Shown one piece after another: positions 25,612 through 37,870 of a DNA stretch of 64,000 bases. Under the pieces are notes generated by a model that was given only the letters and a program-made list of their open reading frames with translations, was not told the DNA's origin and did no database searches. Source of the stretch: an uncultured Acidobacteriota bacterium (GTDB taxonomy: Bacteria > Acidobacteriota > Terriglobia > Acidiferrales > UBA7541); assembly GCA_963719065.1 (NCBI GenBank), contig CAVRAM010000002.1, forward strand, positions 176,882 to 240,881, in the 5' to 3' direction. Position 1 is the first letter of the stretch. Each line of letters starts with the position of its first letter. A program made the position numbers and the translations under genes.

Positions 25612-26907
25612 ATGACAGACACAGCGACCTGCAAACGAGAAATCGAGCTGGAAATTCCAGCGGATGTAGCGAAGAAAGCGACGGATAAAGTGGCGCGCGA
25701 TTTGGCGAAAGTGGCACGAATACCGGGATTCCGTCCGGGCAAGGCGCCAATTCCGCTGATCCGCAAGCGCTACGCGGAAGATATTCAAGGCGAGGTGCTG
25801 CAGTCGCTGGTGCCGGAATACCTGGAAAAGGCGCTGGACGAGCAGAAGATGATTCCGGTGACGCGTCCGGAAGTGGACAAGGTGGATTTCAAGGACGGCG
25901 AGCCGCTGAAGTTTCGCGCGGTGTTCGAAGTGCTGCCGGAATTCGAGCTTGGAACGTACAAGAATCTGGACGTGAAGATCCAACCGGTGGAAGCGGGCGA
26001 AGCGCAAGTGGACAAAGCGATCGACGAGATGCGCGATCGCGCGGCGACGTTTGTGCCGGTGGAAGGCCGAGCAGCGAAAGACGGCGATTTCGTGTTGATC
26101 AAGCTGGCGGGAACGCCTGTGGGAGAGGGCGAACCGGTGGAAGCGGACAACATCATGTGCCACATCGGTGCGGAAGAGACGCTGGAGAGTTTTACCGAGA
26201 ATCTGCGCGGAGCGAATGCGGGCGATACAAAAAAATTCCGATCGCAATATCCGGAAGACTATCCTGATCCGAAGCTGCAGGGCAAAACGTACGACTTCGT
26301 CGTGGAAGTTCTGGCGATCAAGGTGAAACAGCTGCCGGAATTGAACGATGAGTTCGCGAAGGAAGTGGCGGGCGAAGCGGCGGGCGTGACGACCGTGGAA
26401 GAAATGAAGAAAAAGATCCGCGAGAATCTGGAAGCGGCGAAAGACGAGCAGCAGAAGTCCGAAGCGCGAGAAAAAATCCTGGAAGCGCTGGTGAAGACGC
26501 ACGAATTCCCTGTGCCGGAAGCGCTGGTGCAGAATCAAATGGATGTGCGCCTCGAGCGGACGCTCCGGCAACTGACGGCACAGGGAATCGATCCGCGGCA
26601 GGTGAACGTGGATTGGGCGTCGATGCGGCAGAGGCAGCACGACCGCGCGGTGGACGACGTGAAGGCCGAGCTACTGCTGGATAAAATCGCGGCGGCGGAA
26701 AAAATCGACGCGAGCGACGAAGAAATCGACAAGGAAATCGAGCACTTGGCACAACATCAAGGTAACGAATCGGCAACGGCGCTGCGGGCTCGCTTGACAA
26801 AGCAGGGAGCGCTCGATAGGATTAAAGCTCAACTGAGAAGCAACAAGACTCTCGAGTGGCTCTACAGCAACGCCCGCATCGAAACGACAGCCAAAAGTGA
26901 AGCGTAA
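25612..26907 (+). CDS. tig: Trigger factor
   Basis: 431 aa. GFRPGKAPIPLIRKRY is the ribosome-binding signature (GFRxGxxP). It sits immediately upstream of clpP-clpX-lon as in many bacteria. Confidence 0.93.
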   Translation: MTDTATCKREIELEIPADVAKKATDKVARDLAKVARIPGFRPGKAPIPLIRKRYAEDIQGEVLQSLVPEYLEKALDEQKMIPVTRPEVDKVDFKDGEPLKFRAVFEVLPEFELGTYKNLDVKIQPVEAGEAQVDKAIDEMRDRAATFVPVEGRAAKDGDFVLIKLAGTPVGEGEPVEADNIMCHIGAEETLESFTENLRGANAGDTKKFRSQYPEDYPDPKLQGKTYDFVVEVLAIKVKQLPELNDEFAKEVAGEAAGVTTVEEMKKKIRENLEAAKDEQQKSEAREKILEALVKTHEFPVPEALVQNQMDVRLERTLRQLTAQGIDPRQVNVDWASMRQRQHDRAVDDVKAELLLDKIAAAEKIDASDEEIDKEIEHLAQHQGNESATALRARLTKQGALDRIKAQLRSNKTLEWLYSNARIETTAKSEA

Positions 26908-26946
26908 GACTCTGTTCGAATTCCTCAGCACGGAAAAACACTCCTC

Positions 26947-27567
26947 ATGAGACATACTGACGATACGACGCTACGCGCAACAACTTTAGTTCCGATGGTG
27001 GTGGAGCAGACGAACCGCGGCGAGCGCGCGTACGACATCTACTCGCGGTTGCTGAAGGACCACATTATCTTCCTGGGAACGCCGATCGACGATCACGTGG
27101 CGAACCTGGTGACGGCGCAGCTGCTGTTTTTGGCGTCGGAAGATCCTGAAAAAGATATTTCGATGTACATCAATTCGCCGGGCGGATCGATTTCGGCGGG
27201 CATGGCGATTTACGACACGATGCAGTTCGTGCGTCCGGACGTGGTGACGTATTGCATCGGGCAGTCGGCTTCGATCGCAGCGGTATTGCTGGCGGCGGGA
27301 ACGCCGAAGAAACGCTACGCGCTGCCGAATTCGCGCGTGCTGATTCACCAACCGTGGATGTCAGGACTATCCGGCCAAGCCACGGACATCGATATTCACG
27401 CCAAAGAAATCATCCGCACACGCGAAGCGTTGAACAAGATGCTCGCGGGCCATACCGGGCAGCCGCTGGAGAAGATCGAGCGCGATGTGGAGCGCGACTT
27501 CATCATGACGGCGGAGCAAGCCAAGGCGTATGGAATCGTGGATGAGATCATCACGAAGCACAGGTAA
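26947..27567 (+). CDS. clpP: ATP-dependent Clp protease proteolytic subunit
   Basis: [30 protein letters not shown]...[14 protein letters not shown] (catalytic Ser)...RVLIHQP (catalytic His). Confidence 0.95.
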   Translation: MRHTDDTTLRATTLVPMVVEQTNRGERAYDIYSRLLKDHIIFLGTPIDDHVANLVTAQLLFLASEDPEKDISMYINSPGGSISAGMAIYDTMQFVRPDVVTYCIGQSASIAAVLLAAGTPKKRYALPNSRVLIHQPWMSGLSGQATDIDIHAKEIIRTREALNKMLAGHTGQPLEKIERDVERDFIMTAEQAKAYGIVDEIITKHR

Positions 27568-27689
27568 TTGCGTTCCAAAGGGTTAGTATCGAGACAGATG
27601 ATTCCCCGCCCACGATTTCCATTTCATCCTACAATACGATTTAGTTGTGCGCCGGGTGTGGTGGAATCGAAGTTCAGGGAGAGTACTTC

Positions 27690-28940
27690 GTGAAGCGGTT
27701 CACCCCAGAAGAGCCGTTGCGGTGTTCGTTCTGCCATAAAACGCAGGAGCAGGTGGAGAAGCTGATCAGCTCTCCTTCGGAATATCCTCGCTCGTACATC
27801 TGCAATGAGTGCGTGGGCGTTTGCCAGCAGATTCTGGAAGACGAGAAGCGCGAACAGTCGAGCCCGACCAATCGCCGGCTTCCCCGCCCTCCGGAGATCA
27901 AGGCGTTTCTGGACGGGTACGTCATCGGGCAGGACAAGACCAAGAAAAAGCTGGCAGTGGCGGTTTACAACCACTACAAGCGGATTTTCCTAAACAAGCA
28001 GCCGGGCGATGTGGAGCTGGCGAAGTCGAACATTCTGCTGGTAGGCCCGACCGGGACCGGCAAGACGCTGATGGCGCAGACGCTATCGCGCATGCTGGAC
28101 GTGCCGTTTGCGATTGTGGACGCGACAACGCTGACCGAAGCCGGTTATGTGGGCGAGGACGTGGAAAATATCATCCTGAAGCTGCTGCAGGCGGCGGATG
28201 GAGACGTCCAAAAGGCTCAACAAGGCATCATATATATCGACGAGATCGACAAGATTTCGAAGAAGGACGAAAACCCGTCGATTACCCGGGACGTTTCGGG
28301 CGAAGGCGTGCAGCAGGCGCTGCTGAAGATTCTGGAAGGCACGGTTGCGAATGTGCCGCCGCAGGGCGGGCGCAAGCATCCGCACCAGGAGTTTACGCCG
28401 GTAGATACGACGAACATCCTGTTCATTTGCGGCGGGGCGTTCGTGGGACTGGAAAAGATCGTCGAACGGCGCGTCGGCACGAAGTCGCTTGGATTTAATG
28501 CTGATGTGATGCCGACGCCGGTGAATCGCCGGAACATTGAGATGCTCGAGCAGGCGCAGCCGACCGATTTGATCCGTTATGGATTGATCCCGGAGTTTGT
28601 GGGCCGGTTGCCGGTGATGGGCGTGCTGAGCGATCTGGATAAGTCAGCGCTGGTCCGGATTTTGACCGAACCGAAAAACGCGCTGATCCGGCAGTATCAA
28701 CGGCTGTTTGAGTTCGAAAACGTGCGGCTGCGTTTTACAGATGATGCCCTGGATACGGTGGCGGAACTGGCGCTGCAACGCAAAGTGGGCGCGCGCGGCC
28801 TGCGAATGATTCTGGAAGATTTGATGCTGGAGATGATGTACCACCTGCCAGCGCAGCGAAAGATGCGCGACTTTGTGGTGACGGCAGAGATGGTGAAAGG
28901 ACGCGAAATTAACTGGAGCCTGCTCGAAAAAGCGGGCTAA
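27690..28940 (+). CDS. clpX: ATP-dependent Clp protease ATP-binding subunit ClpX
   Basis: Zinc-binding CSFCHK...CNEC, Walker A GPTGTGKT, and [10 protein letters not shown]. The ORF starts at TTG 27645, but I prefer the GTG at 27690, which is preceded by AGGGAGAG. Confidence 0.92.
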   Translation: MKRFTPEEPLRCSFCHKTQEQVEKLISSPSEYPRSYICNECVGVCQQILEDEKREQSSPTNRRLPRPPEIKAFLDGYVIGQDKTKKKLAVAVYNHYKRIFLNKQPGDVELAKSNILLVGPTGTGKTLMAQTLSRMLDVPFAIVDATTLTEAGYVGEDVENIILKLLQAADGDVQKAQQGIIYIDEIDKISKKDENPSITRDVSGEGVQQALLKILEGTVANVPPQGGRKHPHQEFTPVDTTNILFICGGAFVGLEKIVERRVGTKSLGFNADVMPTPVNRRNIEMLEQAQPTDLIRYGLIPEFVGRLPVMGVLSDLDKSALVRILTEPKNALIRQYQRLFEFENVRLRFTDDALDTVAELALQRKVGARGLRMILEDLMLEMMYHLPAQRKMRDFVVTAEMVKGREINWSLLEKAG

Positions 28941-28965
28941 GCGTTACGGGAGACAGATAGAACTG

Positions 28966-31374
28966 ATGTTTAACCGGGAAAAATCCGAAGTGAAGCACGT
29001 GCCGATGATGCCGGTGCGGGACATGGTCATCTTTCCGGAGATGATGCATCCCTTCATCGTGGGACGAGAGGCATCGGTGCGCGCGCTGGAAGATGCGCTG
29101 GCGGGCGACAAGAAGATCTTTTTGGTGACGCAGCATGACGCTTCGGTGGACGATCCGAAGCCGGAAGAAATTTATCAGGTGGGAACGCTCGCGAACATCG
29201 TGCAGAGCGTGAAACTGCCCGACGGAAACATCAAGGTGCTGGTTGAGGGCACGGAACGCGCGAAGATCGTGCAGATCACGAGCGAAGAAGGATTTTTCCG
29301 CGCTTCGATCAAGGTGGTCACTTCGAAATCCGAGCCTTCCCCGCAAGTGCAGCAGGCATCCGAGCGTGTGACGGGCCTTTTCGAGCAGTACGTGAAACTT
29401 TCGCAGAGCCTGAACTACGACACGATGATCGCCGCGGTTCGCGTGGAAGATCCGGGAAAACTTTCGGATGCGATTTCGGCGAACCTGCAGATTCCGGTGG
29501 AAGAAAAGCAGGAACTGCTGGAGCTTTTCGAACCGCTGGAACGGCTGAACCGCATCGCGGACATTCTGGAAGTGGAAATCGAAAAGCTGAACGTGGATCG
29601 CTCGATCAACACGCGCGTGAAGCGGCAGATGGAACGCGCCCAGAAAGAGTATTACCTCAATGAGAAGTTGAAAGCGATTCAGAAGGAACTGGGCCGCGGC
29701 GAAGCGAACGAAATCGAGCAGTTGAAGAAGAAGATCGAAACTTCGGGAATGCCCGAAGGGCCGCAGGAAAAGGCCATGCAGGAGTTGAAGCGCCTGGAAA
29801 TGATGCCGCCGATGTCGGCAGAGTCCACGGTTTCGCGCAACTACCTCGATTGGCTGCTAGCGGTACCCTGGAAGAAGAAATCAAAGGAAATTCGCGACAT
29901 CAAGCGCGCCGAAGCCATTCTTTCCGAAGATCATTACGGTCTCGAAAAGATCAAAGACCGCATCCTCGAATATCTATCCGTCCGGCAGCTGGTGAAAAAT
30001 CCGAAAGGCTCGATTCTCTGCTTCCTTGGGCCTCCGGGAGTCGGCAAGACCTCGCTGGCGATGTCGATCGGGCGCGCGACAGGACGGAAATTTGTGCGCG
30101 TGTCACTGGGCGGCGTGCGAGACGAAGCGGAAATTCGCGGCCATCGCCGGACGTATATCGGCGCCCTGCCCGGCCAGATCATCCAGATGATGCGCAAGGC
30201 CGGAACGACCAATCCGGTGTTTGTGCTGGACGAAGTGGACAAGATGTCGATGGATTTCCGTGGCGACCCGTCGGCGGCGCTGATGGAAGTTCTCGATCCG
30301 GAGCTGAACCACGCCTTCACCGATCACTACCTGGACGTGGAATACGACCTCTCGAAGGTGATGTTCATCTGCACGGCGAACGTGCTGCATACGATTCCCC
30401 AGCCGCTGCAGGACCGCATGGAAGTGCTGCGCATCGCGGGATACACCGAACACGAAAAACACCAGATCGCGACCAAGTACCTGATCCCAAAGCAAATCGA
30501 AGCGACCGGACTGACCAAGGAACAAATCAAGTTCACGCCGGAAGCGGTGAGCGCGACGATCCGGAACTACACGCGGGAAGCCGGAGTTCGCAGCCTGAAT
30601 CGCGAACTGGCCAACGTGGCGCGGAAAGTGGCGCGGAAAGTCGTCACGGAAGGCAAGGATGTGTCGGTGGAAGTGACGCCTTCGAACTTGAACGACTTTT
30701 TGGGAATTTTGAAGTACCGCGATTTCCTGGCGGAAAAGAAAAACGAAATCGGATTGACGACGGGCCTGGCGTGGACCGAAGTGGGCGGCGAAGTGCTTTC
30801 GACCGAAGCCATGCTGATGGAAGGCAAAGGCCGGCTGACGCTGACCGGAAAATTGGGCGACGTGATGCAGGAATCGGCGCAAGCGGCGATGAGCTACATC
30901 CGCTCGCGCACGCACCTGTTCGGCCTGGCGAAAGATTTTTACCGGCACCTGGACATTCACATGCACGTTCCCGAAGGCGCCATCCCCAAGGATGGACCGT
31001 CGGCTGGAATCACGATCTGCACTTCGATTGTGAGCGCGCTGACGCGCATTCCGGTGCGATGCGACATCGCGATGACGGGAGAAATCACGCTGCGGGGCAA
31101 AGTGCTGCCCATCGGCGGTGTGAAAGAAAAACTTTTGGCAGCGCACCGGTTGGGTTTGCGCACGATCATCCTGCCGAAAGACAACGAAAAGGACCTTGCG
31201 GATATTCCGCAGGAGATCCGGTCGCAGATGTCGATCCATTTTGTCGAGTCCGTGGACGAAGTCCTGCAGATTGCGCTGGAACGACCGCTGCCGGTGGCGA
31301 ATATTCCTCCGGTGGACGGCGTGGAATCGAAGTTTGGCGCAGATGTGACGCAGGATAATGAACTAACGAATTGA
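28966..31374 (+). CDS. lon: Lon protease (LonA)
   Basis: 802 aa. Contains a LON N-domain, Walker [10 protein letters not shown] and the protease motif [11 protein letters not shown] (catalytic Ser). Confidence 0.95.
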   Translation: MFNREKSEVKHVPMMPVRDMVIFPEMMHPFIVGREASVRALEDALAGDKKIFLVTQHDASVDDPKPEEIYQVGTLANIVQSVKLPDGNIKVLVEGTERAKIVQITSEEGFFRASIKVVTSKSEPSPQVQQASERVTGLFEQYVKLSQSLNYDTMIAAVRVEDPGKLSDAISANLQIPVEEKQELLELFEPLERLNRIADILEVEIEKLNVDRSINTRVKRQMERAQKEYYLNEKLKAIQKELGRGEANEIEQLKKKIETSGMPEGPQEKAMQELKRLEMMPPMSAESTVSRNYLDWLLAVPWKKKSKEIRDIKRAEAILSEDHYGLEKIKDRILEYLSVRQLVKNPKGSILCFLGPPGVGKTSLAMSIGRATGRKFVRVSLGGVRDEAEIRGHRRTYIGALPGQIIQMMRKAGTTNPVFVLDEVDKMSMDFRGDPSAALMEVLDPELNHAFTDHYLDVEYDLSKVMFICTANVLHTIPQPLQDRMEVLRIAGYTEHEKHQIATKYLIPKQIEATGLTKEQIKFTPEAVSATIRNYTREAGVRSLNRELANVARKVARKVVTEGKDVSVEVTPSNLNDFLGILKYRDFLAEKKNEIGLTTGLAWTEVGGEVLSTEAMLMEGKGRLTLTGKLGDVMQESAQAAMSYIRSRTHLFGLAKDFYRHLDIHMHVPEGAIPKDGPSAGITICTSIVSALTRIPVRCDIAMTGEITLRGKVLPIGGVKEKLLAAHRLGLRTIILPKDNEKDLADIPQEIRSQMSIHFVESVDEVLQIALERPLPVANIPPVDGVESKFGADVTQDNELTN

Positions 31375-31526
31375 AACCCTCTGGTCCTTCCATAACTTGA
31401 TCAGCAGGCATGGCCCGCTCCAGAGGTTTCAGATTGTCTGTACGATATCCCATTTGTAAGTCTGGACAGTCCGGCAGGTAACATTAAGGGACCCGCCCGT
31501 AGTCCATTCAGATCAGAGAGCAACTC

Positions 31527-32822
<1,296 letters not shown>

Positions 32823-32853
32823 ACGCGGCTACAACAGGCTGGATTCAAAAACG

Positions 32854-32896
32854 AACGCGCACGATCCTGACGGGTCGTGCGCGTTTTTGTTTTTGT
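32854..32896. terminator. Bidirectional intrinsic terminator between convergent rho and cmk
   Basis: caAAAAcg-AACGCGCACGA-(10-nt loop)-TCGTGCGCGTT-TTTGTTTTTG. An 11-bp stem flanked by an A-run and a T-run. Confidence 0.65.
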
Positions 32897-32924
32897 GGAG
32901 GCGTTTTCGCGGTCGTTTCTAAGG

Positions 32925-33626
32925 TTAGCGATTCGCGGCGGCGCGGGCGAGACCGTCTTTGGCGAGCATGACGACGAGCTGGGCGGCTTCTTCGGGATCC
33001 ATGGCGGTGGAATCGACGAAGACGGCGTCGGCGGCGCGGACAAGCGGAGAGGTGGCTCGGCTGACGTCGCGCTTGTCGCGCTCGTGAATTTCTTCGAGGG
33101 TGCGCTGCAGGTCGATGGAGTCGCCCTTTTGCTGGTGCTCGCGCCAGCGGCGTTCGGCGCGGGTCTCGGGCGAGGCGGTGAGGAAAATTTTCAGTTCGGC
33201 TTCGGGAAAGACGACGCTGCCGATGTCGCGGCCTTCCATCACCACACCTCCGGCGATGCCGGCGCGGCGCTGTTCGGCGACGAGGACGTGGCGGACGCCG
33301 GCGTTGACGGCGACTTTGGAGGCGGCCTGCGAAACTTCAGGCGTGCGGATGGCGGTAGTGACGTCTTCGCCATCGAGAAGGATGCGCTGCGTACCACCGA
33401 CGGCTTGAAGATCGATTCGCGTGCCTTTGGCGAGAGTTTCGAGTTCGCCATCGGCACGAACACCCGCATCGAGCGAAAGATTTTGGCGCAAGGCTTTGAG
33501 CGCGAGAGCGCGGTACATCGCGCCGGTGTCGATGTAGACGTAACCCATGCGCTCGGCGACGCGGCGGGCCAGCGTGCTCTTTCCCGAGCCGACGGGCCCG
33601 TCGATGGCGATGATCCAATCTTTCAT
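32925..33626 (-). CDS. cmk: Cytidylate kinase
   Basis: The ATG at 33626 gives MKDWIIAIDGPVGSGKSTLARRVAERMGYVYIDTGAMYRA (P-loop plus the CMP-kinase signature). Confidence 0.9.
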   Translation of the reverse strand: MKDWIIAIDGPVGSGKSTLARRVAERMGYVYIDTGAMYRALALKALRQNLSLDAGVRADGELETLAKGTRIDLQAVGGTQRILLDGEDVTTAIRTPEVSQAASKVAVNAGVRHVLVAEQRRAGIAGGVVMEGRDIGSVVFPEAELKIFLTASPETRAERRWREHQQKGDSIDLQRTLEEIHERDKRDVSRATSPLVRAADAVFVDSTAMDPEEAAQLVVMLAKDGLARAAANR

Positions 33627-33642
33627 GTGCGGTTGATTTCGC

Positions 33643-35676
33643 TCAAATGCGTTTGAATGCGCGCTCGATTTCGCGGACAGAATACCGCAAAACGACCGGA
33701 CGTCCATGCGGGCAGCTCATTGGGTATTCAGTTTTCGCCAGCTCGCCGAGCAGCCATTCCATTTTCACCGGATCGAGGGGCGTATTGATTTTGATGGCGG
33801 CATGGCAGGAGGTGGAGGCGGCGATTTTCGACTGCAGCGAATCGATGGAGATGGCCTGATTTTCGCGGGCGATGCCGTCGAGAATTTCGTACAGCAGTTT
33901 TTCTGCGTCGCCGCTGGAAATTCCGGCGGGCGCGGCCTGGATGGCGACGCTGCGCGAGCCCATCATTTCGGCTTCGAAGCCGTTCGAGCGAAGCTCTTCG
34001 CTGATTTGCTCGAAGATGGCGACCTGGCGGGGATTGAGTTCGAGGATGAGCGGAGCGAGTAGGCGCTGGCCGCCGAGTTCTCCGGCGCGGCGCGCGCGCA
34101 GATGCTGCTCAAACAAAACGCGCTCGTGAGCGACGTGCTGATCGATGATCCAAAGCCCTTCGGCATTGACGGCAACGATGAAGCTGCTGCTGACCTGGCC
34201 GAGAGGTTTCAGGTCGGCGATTTGTTCGATGCTGGGCAAGGCGCCAGGCGAGTTGGACGTAGTCGCATCCACAATGGGCGGAACGATTTGTTGCGTGCCC
34301 GGCGGGAAATTGGCGGCGGTGGCGGCGTCAAATTGAAGGCGCTGCGGAATGGGGCGGTCGGGCGCGCCGGACAGCTCGAAATTTTCCAGGGCGCCGGGCG
34401 TGTAGCCGAGCGAAGTGGGAATTTCAGCGCGCGGCGGACCGGGAAATGCGCCTTCGCCGGGAGTTGCAATCGAGCGAGCCTGCGCGGGCGCGAATCCGGC
34501 GCCGTAGCCGCCGCTTTGTCCGCCGTTGTAGCCGGTTGCGCCGCCATTTCCTGCCGCAGTAGCCATCGCAGCGGCGATGCTGGGTCCGGCATTTTGTCCG
34601 GCGTGCTGGCCGGCCGTGAAGCCGGGAACCGGCCGCGCGAGCGATAGCGCGTGGCGAATCGCGTCGCGGGTGAAATCGTGAATGAATTGCGGATGGCGGA
34701 AGCGGACCTCAATTTTCGCGGGATGGACGTTCACGTCCACTTCGTCGTAAGGCATTTCGAGGAAGAGCAGGACCACGGGAAACGAGCCCGGCGGAATGAT
34801 GTTGCGATAGGCTTCGCTGATGGCGTGAAGCAGCAGGCGATCGCGCACCAGGCGGCGATTGACGAAGATGTAGATGCCGTTGCGGTTGGTGCGCTGCACT
34901 TCGGGACGCGAGGCAAAGCCGGTGACTTTCAATGTGGCGGCGCGCTCTTCGGGTTCGAGCGGCGGTTCGGTAACCGCACCGCGAATCGGGCCTTCGGTAA
35001 TGGGAATTTCGGTGAGTTCGTCGAGCGCCTGGCGGCCGAAAATCTGGTACACGCGGTCGGCCAGTTTTTCCACCGGCGCGCAATCGAGAATATCCTGCGA
35101 AGGAGTTTTCAGCACGAACTGGGTTTCGGGATGCGCGAGCGCGTAGTGGGTGACCAGCGAAGCGATGTGGCCCAGCTCGGTGGTTTCGGATTTCAGGAAT
35201 TTGCGGCGCGCGGGCACGGCATAAAAAATATCGCTGACGCTGATCGAAGTGCCGACGGGCATTCCGGCCGGCTTTACGCTGACGAGCTTGCCGCCCGCGA
35301 ATTCCACGCGCGAGCCGTCGGCCTCTTCAACGGCACGCGATTCGAGCACCAAGCGCGAGACGGCGGCGATGGTGGGCAAGGCTTCGCCGCGAAAACCAAG
35401 CGTGGCGATCGAGAGTAAATCTTCCGCGCCGCGAATTTTGGAGGTTGCATGGCGCTCAAAGGCGAGAAGCGAATCGTCGGCGTTCATGCCGCAGCCGTCG
35501 TCGGTGATACGGATCAGGCGCTTGCCGCCGGATTCGGTTTCGATGCGAATCGACTTCGCGCCGGCATCGAGAGCGTTTTCGAGCAGCTCTTTGACGACTG
35601 AAGCGGGACGCTCGACGACTTCGCCGGCGGCGATTTTATTGGCGACAGTTTCGGGAAGGATGCGGATACGGCTCAA
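33643..35676 (-). CDS. mutL: DNA mismatch repair protein MutL
   Basis: IRILPETVANKIAAGEVVERPASVVKELLENALDAG (GHKL ATPase motif I). The C-terminal dimerisation domain follows a Gly/Ala/Pro-rich linker. The TTG start overlaps the upstream stop as TTGA. Confidence 0.92.
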   Translation of the reverse strand: MSRIRILPETVANKIAAGEVVERPASVVKELLENALDAGAKSIRIETESGGKRLIRITDDGCGMNADDSLLAFERHATSKIRGAEDLLSIATLGFRGEALPTIAAVSRLVLESRAVEEADGSRVEFAGGKLVSVKPAGMPVGTSISVSDIFYAVPARRKFLKSETTELGHIASLVTHYALAHPETQFVLKTPSQDILDCAPVEKLADRVYQIFGRQALDELTEIPITEGPIRGAVTEPPLEPEERAATLKVTGFASRPEVQRTNRNGIYIFVNRRLVRDRLLLHAISEAYRNIIPPGSFPVVLLFLEMPYDEVDVNVHPAKIEVRFRHPQFIHDFTRDAIRHALSLARPVPGFTAGQHAGQNAGPSIAAAMATAAGNGGATGYNGGQSGGYGAGFAPAQARSIATPGEGAFPGPPRAEIPTSLGYTPGALENFELSGAPDRPIPQRLQFDAATAANFPPGTQQIVPPIVDATTSNSPGALPSIEQIADLKPLGQVSSSFIVAVNAEGLWIIDQHVAHERVLFEQHLRARRAGELGGQRLLAPLILELNPRQVAIFEQISEELRSNGFEAEMMGSRSVAIQAAPAGISSGDAEKLLYEILDGIARENQAISIDSLQSKIAASTSCHAAIKINTPLDPVKMEWLLGELAKTEYPMSCPHGRPVVLRYSVREIERAFKRI

Positions 35677-36026
35677 GCGCGCGCTCCAGGGACAGGACGG
35701 GCGCCGACGGAAGGATCGCTCGCAAACCGGCGGTCTTCGCCCGCAGCGGTCTCCATCAGGCGCTCTTCACGCGCCAGGCTGCGCATGAAAATGCGAGTGC
35801 CAAAGGTACCGGCGAAAAATACGATGGCGATCAGCAGCGCACCGAGCCATTCGGGAAACTTCGGCTCCTGCACCATCACCAGCAAGAGAAAGCCCAGAGA
35901 TACCCCCATCGCCGCCAAAATCACGAACTGCTTTCGAGGCGAGACCCGACGCATGGCCGCCAGCAGCACCAGGACCACCGCCAGCGCCCCGATTAGAACC
36001 ACCATCAGCCACGGAAGGGTCAACAT
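35673..36026 (-). CDS. Small hypothetical membrane protein (3 TM), translationally coupled to mutL
   Basis: 117-aa ORF with three hydrophobic helices. It has a 4-nt overlap with the mutL start and sits in a tight co-directional array. Confidence 0.55.
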   Translation of the reverse strand: MLTLPWLMVVLIGALAVVLVLLAAMRRVSPRKQFVILAAMGVSLGFLLLVMVQEPKFPEWLGALLIAIVFFAGTFGTRIFMRSLAREERLMETAAGEDRRFASDPSVGARPVPGARA

Positions 36027-36091
36027 ACCTCTCGTTTGTACAGCACTTCCCCGTCCAATCTCAATGGACGGCGGCCGCGCCGCGCCGCCCG

Positions 36092-37870
36092 CTACTTCGC
36101 TTCGGGCTTGATTTGAATGCCGAGTTCGTCGAGTTGGTCAGCGTCGACGCTCGATGGCGCTTCGGACATCAGGTCCTGCGCTTTGGTGGTTTTCGGGAAC
36201 GCAATCACATCGCGCAGAGATTTTTCCGCGGCCAGCAGCATGACGATGCGGTCGATTCCCAAAGCAATGCCGCCATGCGGAGGCGTGCCGTAGGTGAGCG
36301 CGTCGAGAAAAAATCCGAAACGGTGGCGAGCCTGTACGTCGCTGAGGCCGAGAGCCTTGAACATGCGGGCCTGCACGTCTTGGCGGTGAATTCGAATGCT
36401 GCCGGAGCCGAGTTCGTTGCCATTGAGCACCAGGTCGTAGCCCTTGGAGCGGCATTCCCACGGCGCGGTTTCAAGTTTATCGATGTCCTCTTCGTAAATT
36501 CCGGTGAAGGGATGCTGCGCGCTGACCCAGCGCTTGTCCCGTTCGCTCCATTCGAACAACGCGAAGCCGGTGATCCAGGCGAATTCCCATTTGGTGCGAT
36601 CGATCAGATTGAGTTTGTCGCCGAGGTAAAGACGAAGCTGTCCGGCAACGAGTACGGACGTGTCGGTGTGCGGAATTTGATCTTTCGCGGCGGCGGCGAC
36701 GATCAAGTCGCCGGGTTTGGCGCCGAGCGACTCGACCAGTTTTTTCAGGCCTTCGGCGCCGAGATTTTTCTCGAGCGCGGAGGTGACGCCTTCGGCGGTG
36801 ACTTTCACGGTGTACACGCCGCGAGCGCCGGCGGCCTTCCCTGCTTCGGTGAGCTCGTCGATCTGTTTCCGCGACCATGCGGCGGCGCCGGGAGCGACGA
36901 CAGCCTGCACGTTGCCTTCGAATTTGAACGTGTCGCGAGCAGGCTCGAAGTGCGAGGTGACGTCGTGCAGTTCCATGCCGAAGCGCAGATCCGGTTTGTC
37001 GGAGCCGTAGAGGCGCAGTGCATCTTTGTAATCGAGATGGCGGAACGGGCGGTCGACTTTGACGCCGATCAGGGCCAGTACGCGCTGCATGACGCGCTCG
37101 ATCGCTTCGAAAATGTCCTGCTGGCGCGGGAACGACATTTCGAGATCGAGTTGGGTGAATTCGAGCTGGCGGTCGGCGCGGAAATCCTCGTCGCGAATGC
37201 ATTTGCAGATCTGGAAGTAGCGATCCATGCCGGAAATCATCAGGATCTGCTTGAAGATCTGCGGAGATTGCGGCAACGCGTAGAACTGCCCGTGATGGAT
37301 ACGGCTGGGCACCAGGCAATCGCGCGCGCCTTCGGGCGTCGAGCGGGTGAGGAGCGGCGTTTCGATCTCGAAGAAGCCGAGTTCGTCGAGAGTTTTGCGC
37401 ATTTCGAGAACGATGCGATGGCGCAGCTCGATGTTGCTGTGAAGTTTCGGGCGGCGGAGATCGAGATAGCGGTAACGAAGGCGCGTTTCTTCGTTGGCCG
37501 TGACTTCGTCTTCGATCTGAAACGGCGGAGTTTTCGAGTTATTGAGAATGAGGAGCTCGGAGGCCATCACTTCCACGCCGCCAGTCGGGATTTCGGGATT
37601 GTCTTTCTGGCGGCGGACGACTTTGCCTTTTACGGCGACGACGAACTCGGAGCGGAGTTCTTCAGCTTTTTTGTGCGCAGCGGCGTCTAGTTCTTTATTG
37701 AAAACGATCTGGGCGATACCCGCGCGGTCGCGCAGGTCGATGAAGATCAGTTGGCCAAGGTCGCGGCGGCGATGGACCCAGCCCATGAGAATGACTTCGG
37801 TGTCGGCGTCAGAGACGCGCAGTGCGCCGCAGTAGTTGGTGCGTTGCAGGTTGCCGAGAGTATCAAGCAC
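36092..37870 (-). CDS. aspS: Aspartyl-tRNA synthetase
   Basis: YCGALRVSDADTEVILMGWVHRRRDLGQLIFIDLRD (OB-fold N-domain), the class II motifs, and the GAD insertion. The GTG at 37870 is preceded by GGAGAAACC and overlaps the hisS stop by 8 nt. Confidence 0.92.
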   Translation of the reverse strand: MLDTLGNLQRTNYCGALRVSDADTEVILMGWVHRRRDLGQLIFIDLRDRAGIAQIVFNKELDAAAHKKAEELRSEFVVAVKGKVVRRQKDNPEIPTGGVEVMASELLILNNSKTPPFQIEDEVTANEETRLRYRYLDLRRPKLHSNIELRHRIVLEMRKTLDELGFFEIETPLLTRSTPEGARDCLVPSRIHHGQFYALPQSPQIFKQILMISGMDRYFQICKCIRDEDFRADRQLEFTQLDLEMSFPRQQDIFEAIERVMQRVLALIGVKVDRPFRHLDYKDALRLYGSDKPDLRFGMELHDVTSHFEPARDTFKFEGNVQAVVAPGAAAWSRKQIDELTEAGKAAGARGVYTVKVTAEGVTSALEKNLGAEGLKKLVESLGAKPGDLIVAAAAKDQIPHTDTSVLVAGQLRLYLGDKLNLIDRTKWEFAWITGFALFEWSERDKRWVSAQHPFTGIYEEDIDKLETAPWECRSKGYDLVLNGNELGSGSIRIHRQDVQARMFKALGLSDVQARHRFGFFLDALTYGTPPHGGIALGIDRIVMLLAAEKSLRDVIAFPKTTKAQDLMSEAPSSVDADQLDELGIQIKPEAK

